Virus record (IMG/VR): IMGVR_UViG_3300021138_000015 | DNA: 64,000 nucleotides | Direction: 5' to 3' (one strand) | From: an uncultured virus (IMG/VR IMGVR_UViG_3300021138_000015) | Lineage: Duplodnaviria > Heunggongvirae > Uroviricota > Caudoviricetes | Shown: one piece after another, positions 28,645-37,719 of the stretch | Layout of the letters: each line of letters starts with the position of its first letter | Numbering within the stretch: the first letter of the stretch is position 1 | Notes under the pieces: model-generated | Databases searched by the model: none | Told to the model about the DNA's origin: nothing | The model's input: the letters and a program-made list of their open reading frames with translations, nothing else | Made by a program: the position numbers and the translations under genes

Positions 28645-29480
28645 AAGTTCTCCAAAATATATTTTCCCCAGATCTGATGTCCGCGTGCCAATGGATGATA
28701 ATTTCTAAAATTATTCGTGTCTTCAAGTATTTTTCTTCTGTCTAATGCAGATGTGCTTAGATTAATGATCCAATCTAAGTACTTGTTTTTGTTATTGCAT
28801 AAATCAATTGAGCTTTTTAATGATTCTATAACAGGGGTGCTGACCATATAACAAGTGTTAAATTTTTGGTTATATATTGTTTCTATCCAGGTGTCGGGTA
28901 ATAAAACAGCAGACGCTTTTTCTAATCCAATATGATCAACAAAATTGCTACCAATCTTTAATGTAACATTTTTATGCAACTTTACTGCGTCTATTATTTG
29001 TTCTACAACATAATCATTTAAAAACTTTAATAAATTATTGTAGTCGTTATTATTATTGAACCAATCAATATAATCTATATGTCGGTCAAGATCTGAATTA
29101 AATGCTCTTCCGGGTTCTGTAAATGTGCATATAAGATAGATATGTTGATAAGCTAATTCGGGAATAAGTGACGATAATTCTTTAATCTTTCCCATAAGCC
29201 AAAAGTTACCACTGCCACCTTGTCCCAGATTTAACCAATCTGCTTGTAGTTCACGCGATAATAATTTACCATAATGGTTAGAAAGTCTAAATTCCATATT
29301 ATCATTAACAGTCATATCTGCTCCCCAGGTCCAAGAATCACCAACAGTGACTACTAATTTATCAGATTTGTTATTAGTAAATGTAAAGCCAAAGTTTTTA
29401 CGACCGGATACTGGATCTGTAAAACCAGTATCTACACTGGTAAAATATTGATCTAATGTTTCGTTGGTTAATTCAATCAT
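28641..29480 (-). CDS. SGNH/GDSL-like protein
   Basis: VGDSWTWG, NLGQGGSGN, YHPLARGH. Confidence 0.7.
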   Translation of the reverse strand: MIELTNETLDQYFTSVDTGFTDPVSGRKNFGFTFTNNKSDKLVVTVGDSWTWGADMTVNDNMEFRLSNHYGKLLSRELQADWLNLGQGGSGNFWLMGKIKELSSLIPELAYQHIYLICTFTEPGRAFNSDLDRHIDYIDWFNNNNDYNNLLKFLNDYVVEQIIDAVKLHKNVTLKIGSNFVDHIGLEKASAVLLPDTWIETIYNQKFNTCYMVSTPVIESLKSSIDLCNNKNKYLDWIINLSTSALDRRKILEDTNNFRNYHPLARGHQIWGKYILENL

Positions 29481-30373
29481 TCTCTAACCATTGGACCTTT
29501 GTTTTGAAACTGACTCTTGTAGTGATGTTTAAAGAAACTGCTTTCCTCTGGATCCATATCTACTATTAACAAGCCTAGTCTGGTGCGTAAGGTCTCGCCT
29601 AGGCTACGGCATTGATCGGCGCCATCTTGTTTAAACGATTCCCAGAGTCTGGCTAGTACATCAAAGTCTTGTACATCACGATAGTTCCACCCTTCGATCA
29701 TAGTCATGTATGTGCCTAACCTGGCACCATATATAGCCCAAAATCCGTTGTCGGCATCGGCTCCTACCGTTTGCCATATACACAAATTATCGTAATTACG
29801 ATCATGCACACGACGTTCAAATTCGGTCATTTCGGGGCGAGCGCCACGATCTAAACACATCTTTACACCTTCTCGGAATCCAGCACGCCAGGCTTGGAAT
29901 GCTGTGGCGTTAGGGTATGTTGTGCTGTAACAGTCATTCATGGCCCAATAGTTGGGATAAAAACAAAACTCTACATCATTTTCAGCGGCGCCATCTGTGG
30001 CTTCGTGTGTTCGCATGTTATAAACAAACTCTTTGGTCCAACAGCTCATGCCGCCATTACCATACATCAGTCCATTTATAGAGTTACGAGCCTTCCACCG
30101 AAACACACAATCACGATTTGTATCGGTTAGCGTAAGTTGCAGATTAAAAAACTCAGGATCAGGAATGTTATCACCATCAACTAAAACAAAGCGATCAGTA
30201 TCGCTGGCATCTGCTGCGGCCTTATGTGCAGCATCAGATCCTTTAACTCCATCTACTCTTTTAGCCCATGGAACCATATTCTGTATCTTAATCCAGTTAG
30301 TTTCTTTATTAGGTTCATCGTAGGTTAAAAAAATGCAGTCCAAGTCTGCAACATCAACTATTTCTGTAGTCAT
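29477..30373 (-). CDS. GT-A-fold glycosyltransferase-like protein with intact DxD
   Basis: FLTYDEP, RVDGVKG..AAH..AA, FVLVDGDN, NGLMYGNGG, WRAGFREGVK. Confidence 0.7.
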   Translation of the reverse strand: MTTEIVDVADLDCIFLTYDEPNKETNWIKIQNMVPWAKRVDGVKGSDAAHKAAADASDTDRFVLVDGDNIPDPEFFNLQLTLTDTNRDCVFRWKARNSINGLMYGNGGMSCWTKEFVYNMRTHEATDGAAENDVEFCFYPNYWAMNDCYSTTYPNATAFQAWRAGFREGVKMCLDRGARPEMTEFERRVHDRNYDNLCIWQTVGADADNGFWAIYGARLGTYMTMIEGWNYRDVQDFDVLARLWESFKQDGADQCRSLGETLRTRLGLLIVDMDPEESSFFKHHYKSQFQNKGPMVRE

Positions 30374-30713
30374 AATATTCTATATCTTTATATATTTCTC
30401 CTACCTCTAACGGTAGGCTAGCGTGATTTTTTACTACAGGAAATCCCACTGTAGATTTTGTTAATTTTACACTATATCTGCGGTCTCGGTCAATCTTTTT
30501 TAACTGTTGATCAACTACACGGTAGTCAAAGTAGTTATGGTATTCTTCTGGCGTCGCTACTACATATGGTCCAGAGTCCTCATGGTCCACCATTGAACAC
30601 TTGACTATCTCTCCAAGTTCGTCGTAGTATAGTCTGTATTCTATAAGCACAGCCTTAGGTGGCCTAATTAATTTTTCTACTTCAGACCAAAAATTAATTT
30701 CTTCGGGATTCAT
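30354..30713 (-). CDS. hypothetical protein
   Basis: 119-aa ORF overlapping both neighbours. Confidence 0.7.
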   Translation of the reverse strand: MNPEEINFWSEVEKLIRPPKAVLIEYRLYYDELGEIVKCSMVDHEDSGPYVVATPEEYHNYFDYRVVDQQLKKIDRDRRYSVKLTKSTVGFPVVKNHASLPLEVGEIYKDIEYYDYRNS

Positions 30714-31542
30714 AATATTTAATTAATTCTGCTGTGGCATAATTTTTATCGTAGTAGTGTACAGGATCGTACTGATTTAGATTATTAATACGTATAACAT
30801 CTCCGTCTTGTTCATATGAAACGGTTTCTAACCAAGACTGACCGTCACTCCAACCATTAAATCCTGACTTCATATGAACAAAGTTTATAAAGTCCATGCT
30901 GGGCATGGTAACAGCTTCTGGGCTAATCAGTGCAGCAATAGCATATACTACATCTGTGGTGGGCTTTTCTTCTGTGCAGTTTTTTAATTCTTCTCTGTAG
31001 AGATCCCAATGATAATTAATCAGATGGGCTACACTAAAAAAATCTGCGGCTTCTCTACTGTATCTAAAATACATTAATCCGTTATAAACGTCGGGCAAAT
31101 TGTTGTCATCAAATAGTTGCCGGTATTTTCTCATACCAGATCCTATACCAAGGTAATTTTTAGCGCCGGTGCTTAGGCAAACATTTCGTAATCTAAAAGC
31201 TGTCCACCAATGGTCAATTGATCGAGTGAATAATAAATCACTTTCTAATTTAACAGTTTCTTTAAACGGTGTAAGATCAAATACCTGAGATTCATTGGCA
31301 AACTTATTGGCATTAAAAGTACGGGTATAATCGACGTGTAAATCAATAATATAATCAAAAGTATTGATGTGGCGTTCATCAACCTTTTGCCGTGTTGCTG
31401 AATCTACAATAACAGCATAACTATTATTTTTTTGTGTGGTTTTAATGTTTAGACATTGTAGATAGGCTAATTCTAAATAATCTACTGTGTCGGTATTTTG
31501 TGCAAAAGTTACAAAACCCTGTTGTTCTTTATGTTGGGGCAC
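30694..31542 (-). CDS. glycosyltransferase-like protein (GT-A/GT8-like), paralogue of the next gene
   Basis: G.VTFAQN...DY..LA; TPFKETVKLESD (degenerate DxD); FVHMK. Confidence 0.55.
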   Translation of the reverse strand: MPQHKEQQGFVTFAQNTDTVDYLELAYLQCLNIKTTQKNNSYAVIVDSATRQKVDERHINTFDYIIDLHVDYTRTFNANKFANESQVFDLTPFKETVKLESDLLFTRSIDHWWTAFRLRNVCLSTGAKNYLGIGSGMRKYRQLFDDNNLPDVYNGLMYFRYSREAADFFSVAHLINYHWDLYREELKNCTEEKPTTDVVYAIAALISPEAVTMPSMDFINFVHMKSGFNGWSDGQSWLETVSYEQDGDVIRINNLNQYDPVHYYDKNYATAELIKYYESRRN

Positions 31543-32353
31543 AGATAGTCTCCACTAGATGTTTAAAATTGTCGCACTGTAAATATTCTTTATCCATTAT
31601 GTGTATATTGCAGTATGGCACAACCACAGCCAAATTATTGTGATATATTTTAAGAAAATGTTTATCTGGTGCAATATGTTTAATTTTTTCTTCTATAGTA
31701 AACATAGGCCAAGGAATTGACTGTTGTTCATTTAAATTATAACCGTTAATAATGTTATTAGCAATAGCAAAGGCATAATCATTTCTATAGTTACGCTCTC
31801 GTATATTATATAGAGCTCGATAATATTGATAACGGCGTTGTACTCGTCCGACTAAATTAAAAAACATACTGGCACGATCGGTCTTTCTAAACAACACTAC
31901 TGTGGCCCAGACAAACGGCAGGCCAGTTTCTCCCATTTTTTCGTAACTGGCACCAGCTGGTGTACGATTATGATGTAAGAGTCGGTAGTCAAATTTGGTC
32001 TCAAATAATTTTAATAAACTGCGGTCAAATACCACGTAGTCTGTGTCTAATAGGACTGTTTCCTGATAAGGACTTAGAGTGTATGCCAAATATCTACCAA
32101 AATTGCGCCAGGTTACCTGATTAAAATTAAGATCTAATCTATGTGTCTGGCCCTGCGGATCTATTCGTATCACTTGATCGTAGTCAAATTGTGGATCACT
32201 GGCATGATCAGTGACTAGTGTAATAGGTAATCCAAGTGCATGTGCAGTTAACTGACTGGTTTGATCTGCTATACTAACATAATCAACTTGTTCAGTATTA
32301 AATGCAAATACTACAACACCCCTAGATTTTTCTAAGTTTTCGTAGTTCTGCAT
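31529..32353 (-). CDS. glycosyltransferase-like protein (GT-A/GT8-like)
   Basis: GVVVFAFN..VDY; SPYQETVLLDTD (DxD); RNDYAFAIA; HIMDK. Confidence 0.6.
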   Translation of the reverse strand: MQNYENLEKSRGVVVFAFNTEQVDYVSIADQTSQLTAHALGLPITLVTDHASDPQFDYDQVIRIDPQGQTHRLDLNFNQVTWRNFGRYLAYTLSPYQETVLLDTDYVVFDRSLLKLFETKFDYRLLHHNRTPAGASYEKMGETGLPFVWATVVLFRKTDRASMFFNLVGRVQRRYQYYRALYNIRERNYRNDYAFAIANNIINGYNLNEQQSIPWPMFTIEEKIKHIAPDKHFLKIYHNNLAVVVPYCNIHIMDKEYLQCDNFKHLVETICAPT

Positions 32354-32636
32354 TTTCCTGATGCCAACGGTTCATGGCCTTTTGATAACACTCACGGGCT
32401 GCGATTAAAAACTCTTCGCGATTGACTTCAATGGGATTTTGATACGTGTCTTCAATGTATAATACTGTATCGGGCCAGGTAGTCACAAAAGCAATTAATT
32501 CTTGTGTGGCTTTAAATAAACCACCGTTCAAGGGAAAATGTAGATCAGTCTGTATTTTTTCTCGTAGAATTCTACGATTAACTTGATAGTCGGTGGCCTG
32601 TCGAATCTGATAGGTTAAGGGTTCTAATTCACTCAT
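32322..32636 (-). CDS. hypothetical protein (first gene of the coupled operon)
   Basis: 104-aa ORF directly behind a sigma70-like promoter. Confidence 0.7.
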   Translation of the reverse strand: MSELEPLTYQIRQATDYQVNRRILREKIQTDLHFPLNGGLFKATQELIAFVTTWPDTVLYIEDTYQNPIEVNREEFLIAARECYQKAMNRWHQENAELRKLRKI

Positions 32637-32642
32637 TGAGTT

Positions 32643-32671
32643 ATTTTATAACAGAACTACCAAAAAGTCAA
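32643..32671 (-). promoter_or_regulatory. sigma70-type promoter for the modification operon
   Basis: The minus strand reads TTGACT-N17-TAAAAT, ending 6 nt before ATG 32636. Confidence 0.7.
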
Positions 32672-32680
32672 ACCGTTTGG

Positions 32681-33613
32681 TTAAGCGATTGTAACTGTAC
32701 CCCAACTGTTGCTTAGGTTAGTTGTTTCTGGATATACTACGTCAATTCTATGATTCACAGTTACGTTTAAAGTATCATTAAACGATCCTGGGTGTGATGA
32801 ATAGTACTGTAGGTTAAATGTAATTACTGTGCCTTTATCGGCGTTACTGCCCTGTACACCATTTGATAGTACGTTTAACAAGAAGTAGTCAGTTGAGTAT
32901 GTACTGCTTGATGTTGTAACTTGAGCAATGGTCTGAGCACTGGTAGTTAAACTATAGTATCCTGAGGTATATCCACCACCGGCTAATGTACCACCTGACC
33001 CTGTACGTTGACCGTTTGTGGCAGCTTTAAACGCACTCATACCAGCAAAATATGTGCCAATAGTGCTAACAGCATCTGCACTACGTGATGTGCTGTCGTT
33101 GTTGGCAACACTAATAATAACTAAATTTAATTGCCCACCTGCATTAAAGAAATAACGTGCAGAATCTGCAGAAGCAAAAGTCACTGTACGAGTTGCGAAA
33201 GTTGTAAGACCATATGTAGCACCTTGAGTGGCTGTAATTGTTGGACTAAATGTGCTACCTGTTGTTGTGGTACCTTGTGTTGCTGCATTTAGGTGATTTG
33301 TGTTGTATGTGCTGATTCCAGAACTGACTGTACTTAAATAATTAACAGTTGATCCAGCAGTTGGAGCACTTAGTCCAGATCCACTACCACTTTGGTGTGT
33401 GCTAACACTATTCATAGTATTAATTAAACTGGCCCATTGTGCGGCTGTTACCAATCCACTTTGGCTAACTGCGGCAATACCTGTTTGTCCGTATCCATAA
33501 GATCCGTTACCAGTTGACCATACATAGTTAAGTGTGCCCGAAGTGGTGTTATTAGATCCTACAAACCCGTTGTAGTCCGATGCTGCTATTAAGCCACCCT
33601 GTGAATATGCCAT
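32681..33613 (-). CDS. virion structural protein (Ser/Thr/Gly-rich, tail/fibre-associated)
   Basis: MAYSQGGLI..SDYN, GYGQ, RYFFNAGG; last gene of the tail-fibre cluster. Confidence 0.65.
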   Translation of the reverse strand: MAYSQGGLIAASDYNGFVGSNNTTSGTLNYVWSTGNGSYGYGQTGIAAVSQSGLVTAAQWASLINTMNSVSTHQSGSGSGLSAPTAGSTVNYLSTVSSGISTYNTNHLNAATQGTTTTGSTFSPTITATQGATYGLTTFATRTVTFASADSARYFFNAGGQLNLVIISVANNDSTSRSADAVSTIGTYFAGMSAFKAATNGQRTGSGGTLAGGGYTSGYYSLTTSAQTIAQVTTSSSTYSTDYFLLNVLSNGVQGSNADKGTVITFNLQYYSSHPGSFNDTLNVTVNHRIDVVYPETTNLSNSWGTVTIA

Positions 33614-33626
33614 TTTTCTTTATTCC

Positions 33627-34913
33627 TTACGAATTTAATTTGACCACGGCCTCAATAAGACCTATGCCCGAATCCAGTTTATCTTCTAATGCACGTCCAA
33701 TTACGTTCCAGGCTGTAATTTCACTGCGAGCACCTGCTCGAGCTAGTCCATTTCCAGCACTGACTAATCGATCACCTTTGCGTATTTTTCCTGTTACACG
33801 AACAGGTACACGACCTTGTACTGCCACAGGCGGATGAGTATCATCGGAGCCGGCTCCAGAATTCATTAAATAAGCCGCGCTAGTACTTATGACGCCAAAT
33901 ACATTTTCGCTTAGATCTTGACCTGTTGCTATAATTTCTGCTGGACCACCTAACTCAACTACTGTACCTGCTGAATAAGGTTGATCACTAGCAAAACGTT
34001 CTGCTAAGTCAGCGTACTGTGCATGTATAGCTGTACCATAAATGTTATTAAACCACGCTGTGGTACTGCCTAAATTATATAATAAATTAGATGTAGGAGT
34101 CAAATTTCCTGTTAAGGTAACATTAGTAAATGCACCTGTACCCGGTGTAACATTACCAATTGCTACTGCTTGCAATCCGCCCGTTGAAGCTGTAGTTAAC
34201 GTAGTAGTACCGGTAACAGCCAGGGTAGAACTCAACAATGTTGTAAATGCACCAGTACTTGGAGTAATATTACCAATTGGTGTAGAATTAATAGCTCCAA
34301 AATTTGCTAACCCGCTAACAACCACATTAGCAAGTATGTTAAATCCTGGAGTAATTGTGCTGAATCCACCAGCTGCAGATGGAATTGCCGGAGTGAATGA
34401 TGTGCTATCACTACTAACTATTGCAGTTAATTTATTGTTAACCATTACGTTGCCAACTGTGTGAACAGCCGATACTGTGTCGGTTATACCATTGGGTACA
34501 AATGAGGTTAGTGCTGTACCTGGTGGGGTAACCGGACCGATAGCGATCCAGCTACTTCCGTTATATACATTTAATATACTGTGTGCAGAATCAAACCAAA
34601 AATCGCCAGTTTGTGAATTTCCTGGGGCAGAGCTTGCAGGATTTGAGTTAGTTATTTCTTTCCATACTGTTCCTGTGTATACTTTTAATACTGCGTTTGT
34701 GCTGTCGTACCAAATTTGACCCTTTAAAGGAGCATTAGGAGCAGAACTATTAGAAAAATGCTCTAGTAAATGAATAAAGTTTTCATTTAGGTATACTCCG
34801 TAACCGGCGTAATTTCTACCAATTAAACCAAGACTGGTAGTAGTGGTGTCAGTGGTATTGTCGGCTAAAGTTTCTAATAGTTGACCGTTTGTTAGAGTTA
34901 AAGTATACGACAT
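33627..34913 (-). CDS. tail fibre protein with C-terminal intramolecular-chaperone-like domain
   Basis: N-terminal GRNY.GYG..NENF..LLE.F and P..GQIWYD; C-terminal YADLAERF...GVIS...VQGRVPVRV.G.I.KGD.LV. Confidence 0.8.
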   Translation of the reverse strand: MSYTLTLTNGQLLETLADNTTDTTTTSLGLIGRNYAGYGVYLNENFIHLLEHFSNSSAPNAPLKGQIWYDSTNAVLKVYTGTVWKEITNSNPASSAPGNSQTGDFWFDSAHSILNVYNGSSWIAIGPVTPPGTALTSFVPNGITDTVSAVHTVGNVMVNNKLTAIVSSDSTSFTPAIPSAAGGFSTITPGFNILANVVVSGLANFGAINSTPIGNITPSTGAFTTLLSSTLAVTGTTTLTTASTGGLQAVAIGNVTPGTGAFTNVTLTGNLTPTSNLLYNLGSTTAWFNNIYGTAIHAQYADLAERFASDQPYSAGTVVELGGPAEIIATGQDLSENVFGVISTSAAYLMNSGAGSDDTHPPVAVQGRVPVRVTGKIRKGDRLVSAGNGLARAGARSEITAWNVIGRALEDKLDSGIGLIEAVVKLNS

Positions 34914-34938
34914 GGTTAATATTCCAGTTTATTTTAGT

Positions 34939-34945
34939 TATTTAT
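34939..34945 (-). promoter_or_regulatory. putative late promoter ATAAATA
   Basis: Lies in the gap upstream of the fibre gene that starts at 34913. Confidence 0.55.
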
Positions 34946-34950
34946 CCGTT

Positions 34951-37707
34951 TTACCAGTTAAACGATACAGCACCAGGACCGCCATTTCCAGCTATACCAC
35001 CAGCATTAACACCCGGTGTGTTGTAGGTGGCCTGTAAACTGTTCCATAATTCTGTGCCATCGGGATTGATAATTTGCGCAGCTATACCAGCCGGTCCGCC
35101 AAAGTTGGTATTAACTAAAGTGATAGTATGGGTACCAGCTGATACAGAATAAGTTGTGCTAGCAACACTGCCAAAAGCTGAGTATCCACCATAGCTGTCT
35201 AGGATATCACTGCCATCTAATTCAATATATCCTGCGTTGTCAGCAGATATATTGAATGTATAATTACCAGAAGTTGGGAATGTTATCTGTGTTTGATAGA
35301 CGTTAGTGGTAACATCTTGTGATCCACCGGTCCAAATACTGTAAGTGGCCATAAAACTGCACCAGTAACCGGGCGCTTCATTGCCAGTGGCATACCACCC
35401 ACTATTAACAGGTTCTTGTCCTGTAGTAGCCGTACAACCTGCAGGCACTAGATCAGTACCATCAGAACCAGAATATGATCCTTCATCACCACCTACTAAG
35501 GCACCGCAAGCACCACCATCATAACCGCCGCCACCTCCGCCAGACCCGCCACCGTCACTGCCATGATCTATTCCGTCTTGTCCGTAATGAGATCCTACTT
35601 GTCCGCCACTTTGTCCTCGTCCAGGGCTGTGCCAACCTCCACCACCTCCACCGCCTCCACCGGCAGCTACTAAAATAGTAGAACTGTTTTTAACCAATAC
35701 TGTGGCTGCACCGCCACCTCCTCCGCCACCAGACACTCCAGCGCCGCCGGCAGCTCCGCCTGATCCACCCGAGTAACCCGATCCATGATCATTGCCACTG
35801 TAGCCGCCACCGACTCCAGTTCCAGTGTAGCCACCTCCGCCACCTCCGGCGACATAAATTTTAAATATGTCGCCGGGAGAGACCGAAATAGGCCCAGTGA
35901 CTTGATGTCCGTTATATCCGTAATACCCAACACTGGCATCGTTACCGCCACCACCGCCACCACCGCCTAAAGCATTAACAGTAATTGTATGTACGCCAGC
36001 TGGTACTGTAAATGTTGAGTAACCTTCGGCAAATGTCTGCGATCCATGCGGAGTAGTAACAGTCATTGAAACCGGAATCTGTATAGGACCTTGGTTAAGC
36101 AAGTCGGTATAGACTGTTATGATATCTGAAAATGTACCGTTATCAACAAACACTGGAGTGTTTGCAATAAATTTAACAGTATTTGATCCTGGTACAAATA
36201 CATTAGCTACTGTTATTGTGCCATTGGTAGTAAGTGCAGTTATATTGGCATTACCTCCACTGGCAGTAATATTGAAAGATTGTGATTGTGTTGGGTCGCC
36301 AACATAGACTGAGTAAGCAAGAGATGCGGTGTTGGCCTGTACGGTAACATTGTCTGGAGAAACTATAGTAGTAATTGGAATTGCAATGTTTGAGTAAAGT
36401 TTAATATCACTACCAGCATATCCGCCTGTGCTGCCATTTATAACAGTAATATTACCTGTAGCAAGCCCAATAATATTACCAACTACAGTTACATCTAAAT
36501 AAGTTGAGCCACCTGGATATATGGTTATTGGAAACCCAGCTGAATTTATACCAACTGTATCGATATGCGACGAATAACTGCCATCATGCCGCACAACATT
36601 GGCAATAACAAGATTATCGTTACCAGTATTGGTTAGAGTAATGCGCTGATAAGGCGATGCATACTGATATTGATAAGAATTAAAAGTCAATGAACCAGAA
36701 GATGAAGTCAAGTTGCCAGCCGGAGTCGGCCACCACTGTTCCCAGGTTCCATTGGAGTTTTTTACGTATGCTTTTTGAACTGTAGTCCATACATTGGCAG
36801 TATTTTTATAACTTATGGTTTTTGGCAATGTCCAGGTGCCGCTGTTTTTAACATAGCCGTAGCCGAGTTTGCCACTGTTGTTTGCCGGAGTTCCAATGAC
36901 AATAGTCTGAGGAGTCAGACTAGAAGGTAATATCGTCGGTGGAGGATGTCCTTGTAAAAATATTGGAGATCCCACAAAAGAAGTTGGTATGGTATTTGAT
37001 ACCAATGTGCCGTTGCTGGTAAATGTGTGAGTCACCGTAGATCCAACAGTGGTTATAGTACCACCACTGAATAGTGCACCAGTTGCAGAAATATATTGCA
37101 CAACTGCTAATCCTGATCCGCCTGTGCCACCCGATGTAGAAGACCCGGCTCCACCACCACCTCCGGTGTTGGCTACACCATTGCCTCCGGGTTGATTACC
37201 GCTAGGTGGAGATGTTCCTCCATTGCCACCGCCACCGGCACCACCAGTCCCAGGTGATAATCCAAATCCTGTGCCGCCACCACCGTATGAGCCGCCGGCG
37301 CCGCCACCACCTACTGTATGTCCTAAGTAAGTTACGCCAGCATCACCATTGCCACCATAATTTGGATAAGAGCCACTTTGTCCATTAACTGCTGCACCAC
37401 CACCAGCACCTCCGCCCCAACCACCATGACTGTCTCCGCCCGTGCCCGGGGAATATCCGTTTCCTGATACGCCATTTCCACCGCCACCGGCAGCAGTCAA
37501 TAAAGTTCCAAATGTTGTACTTGTTCCGTTTGAGTCACTGGCTCCGCCTTGACCAATGGTAACCGAATAATTAGTGCCAATAGTAAGGGTGATATTGGTT
37601 TTATAGAGAACTTGACCAGCACCACCTCCTACTGCACCGACTCCGCTGCCACCTCCTCCGCCACCGCCAACAAGAAGAATTGTGCTTTGAACTGATAAAC
37701 TAGTCAT
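34951..37707 (-). CDS. glycine-rich tail fibre/adhesin with Ig-like segments and a C-terminal PA14-like domain
   Basis: Two Gly-rich domains (VGGGGGGG...SGLAVV; FTVPAGV...GGGGGGG); G.YTFNISADNAGYIELDG...G.HTITL. Confidence 0.7.
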   Translation of the reverse strand: MTSLSVQSTILLVGGGGGGGSGVGAVGGGAGQVLYKTNITLTIGTNYSVTIGQGGASDSNGTSTTFGTLLTAAGGGGNGVSGNGYSPGTGGDSHGGWGGGAGGGAAVNGQSGSYPNYGGNGDAGVTYLGHTVGGGGAGGSYGGGGTGFGLSPGTGGAGGGGNGGTSPPSGNQPGGNGVANTGGGGGAGSSTSGGTGGSGLAVVQYISATGALFSGGTITTVGSTVTHTFTSNGTLVSNTIPTSFVGSPIFLQGHPPPTILPSSLTPQTIVIGTPANNSGKLGYGYVKNSGTWTLPKTISYKNTANVWTTVQKAYVKNSNGTWEQWWPTPAGNLTSSSGSLTFNSYQYQYASPYQRITLTNTGNDNLVIANVVRHDGSYSSHIDTVGINSAGFPITIYPGGSTYLDVTVVGNIIGLATGNITVINGSTGGYAGSDIKLYSNIAIPITTIVSPDNVTVQANTASLAYSVYVGDPTQSQSFNITASGGNANITALTTNGTITVANVFVPGSNTVKFIANTPVFVDNGTFSDIITVYTDLLNQGPIQIPVSMTVTTPHGSQTFAEGYSTFTVPAGVHTITVNALGGGGGGGGNDASVGYYGYNGHQVTGPISVSPGDIFKIYVAGGGGGGYTGTGVGGGYSGNDHGSGYSGGSGGAAGGAGVSGGGGGGGAATVLVKNSSTILVAAGGGGGGGGGWHSPGRGQSGGQVGSHYGQDGIDHGSDGGGSGGGGGGYDGGACGALVGGDEGSYSGSDGTDLVPAGCTATTGQEPVNSGWYATGNEAPGYWCSFMATYSIWTGGSQDVTTNVYQTQITFPTSGNYTFNISADNAGYIELDGSDILDSYGGYSAFGSVASTTYSVSAGTHTITLVNTNFGGPAGIAAQIINPDGTELWNSLQATYNTPGVNAGGIAGNGGPGAVSFNW

Positions 37708-37719
37708 CGAGTTTTACCA

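Noticed and set aside
4610..32636. Bacterial O-antigen/capsule locus or chimeric host contig
   Set aside because: No flippase, polymerase or exporter is present. The block is continuous with phage genes on both sides, with similar gene packing.
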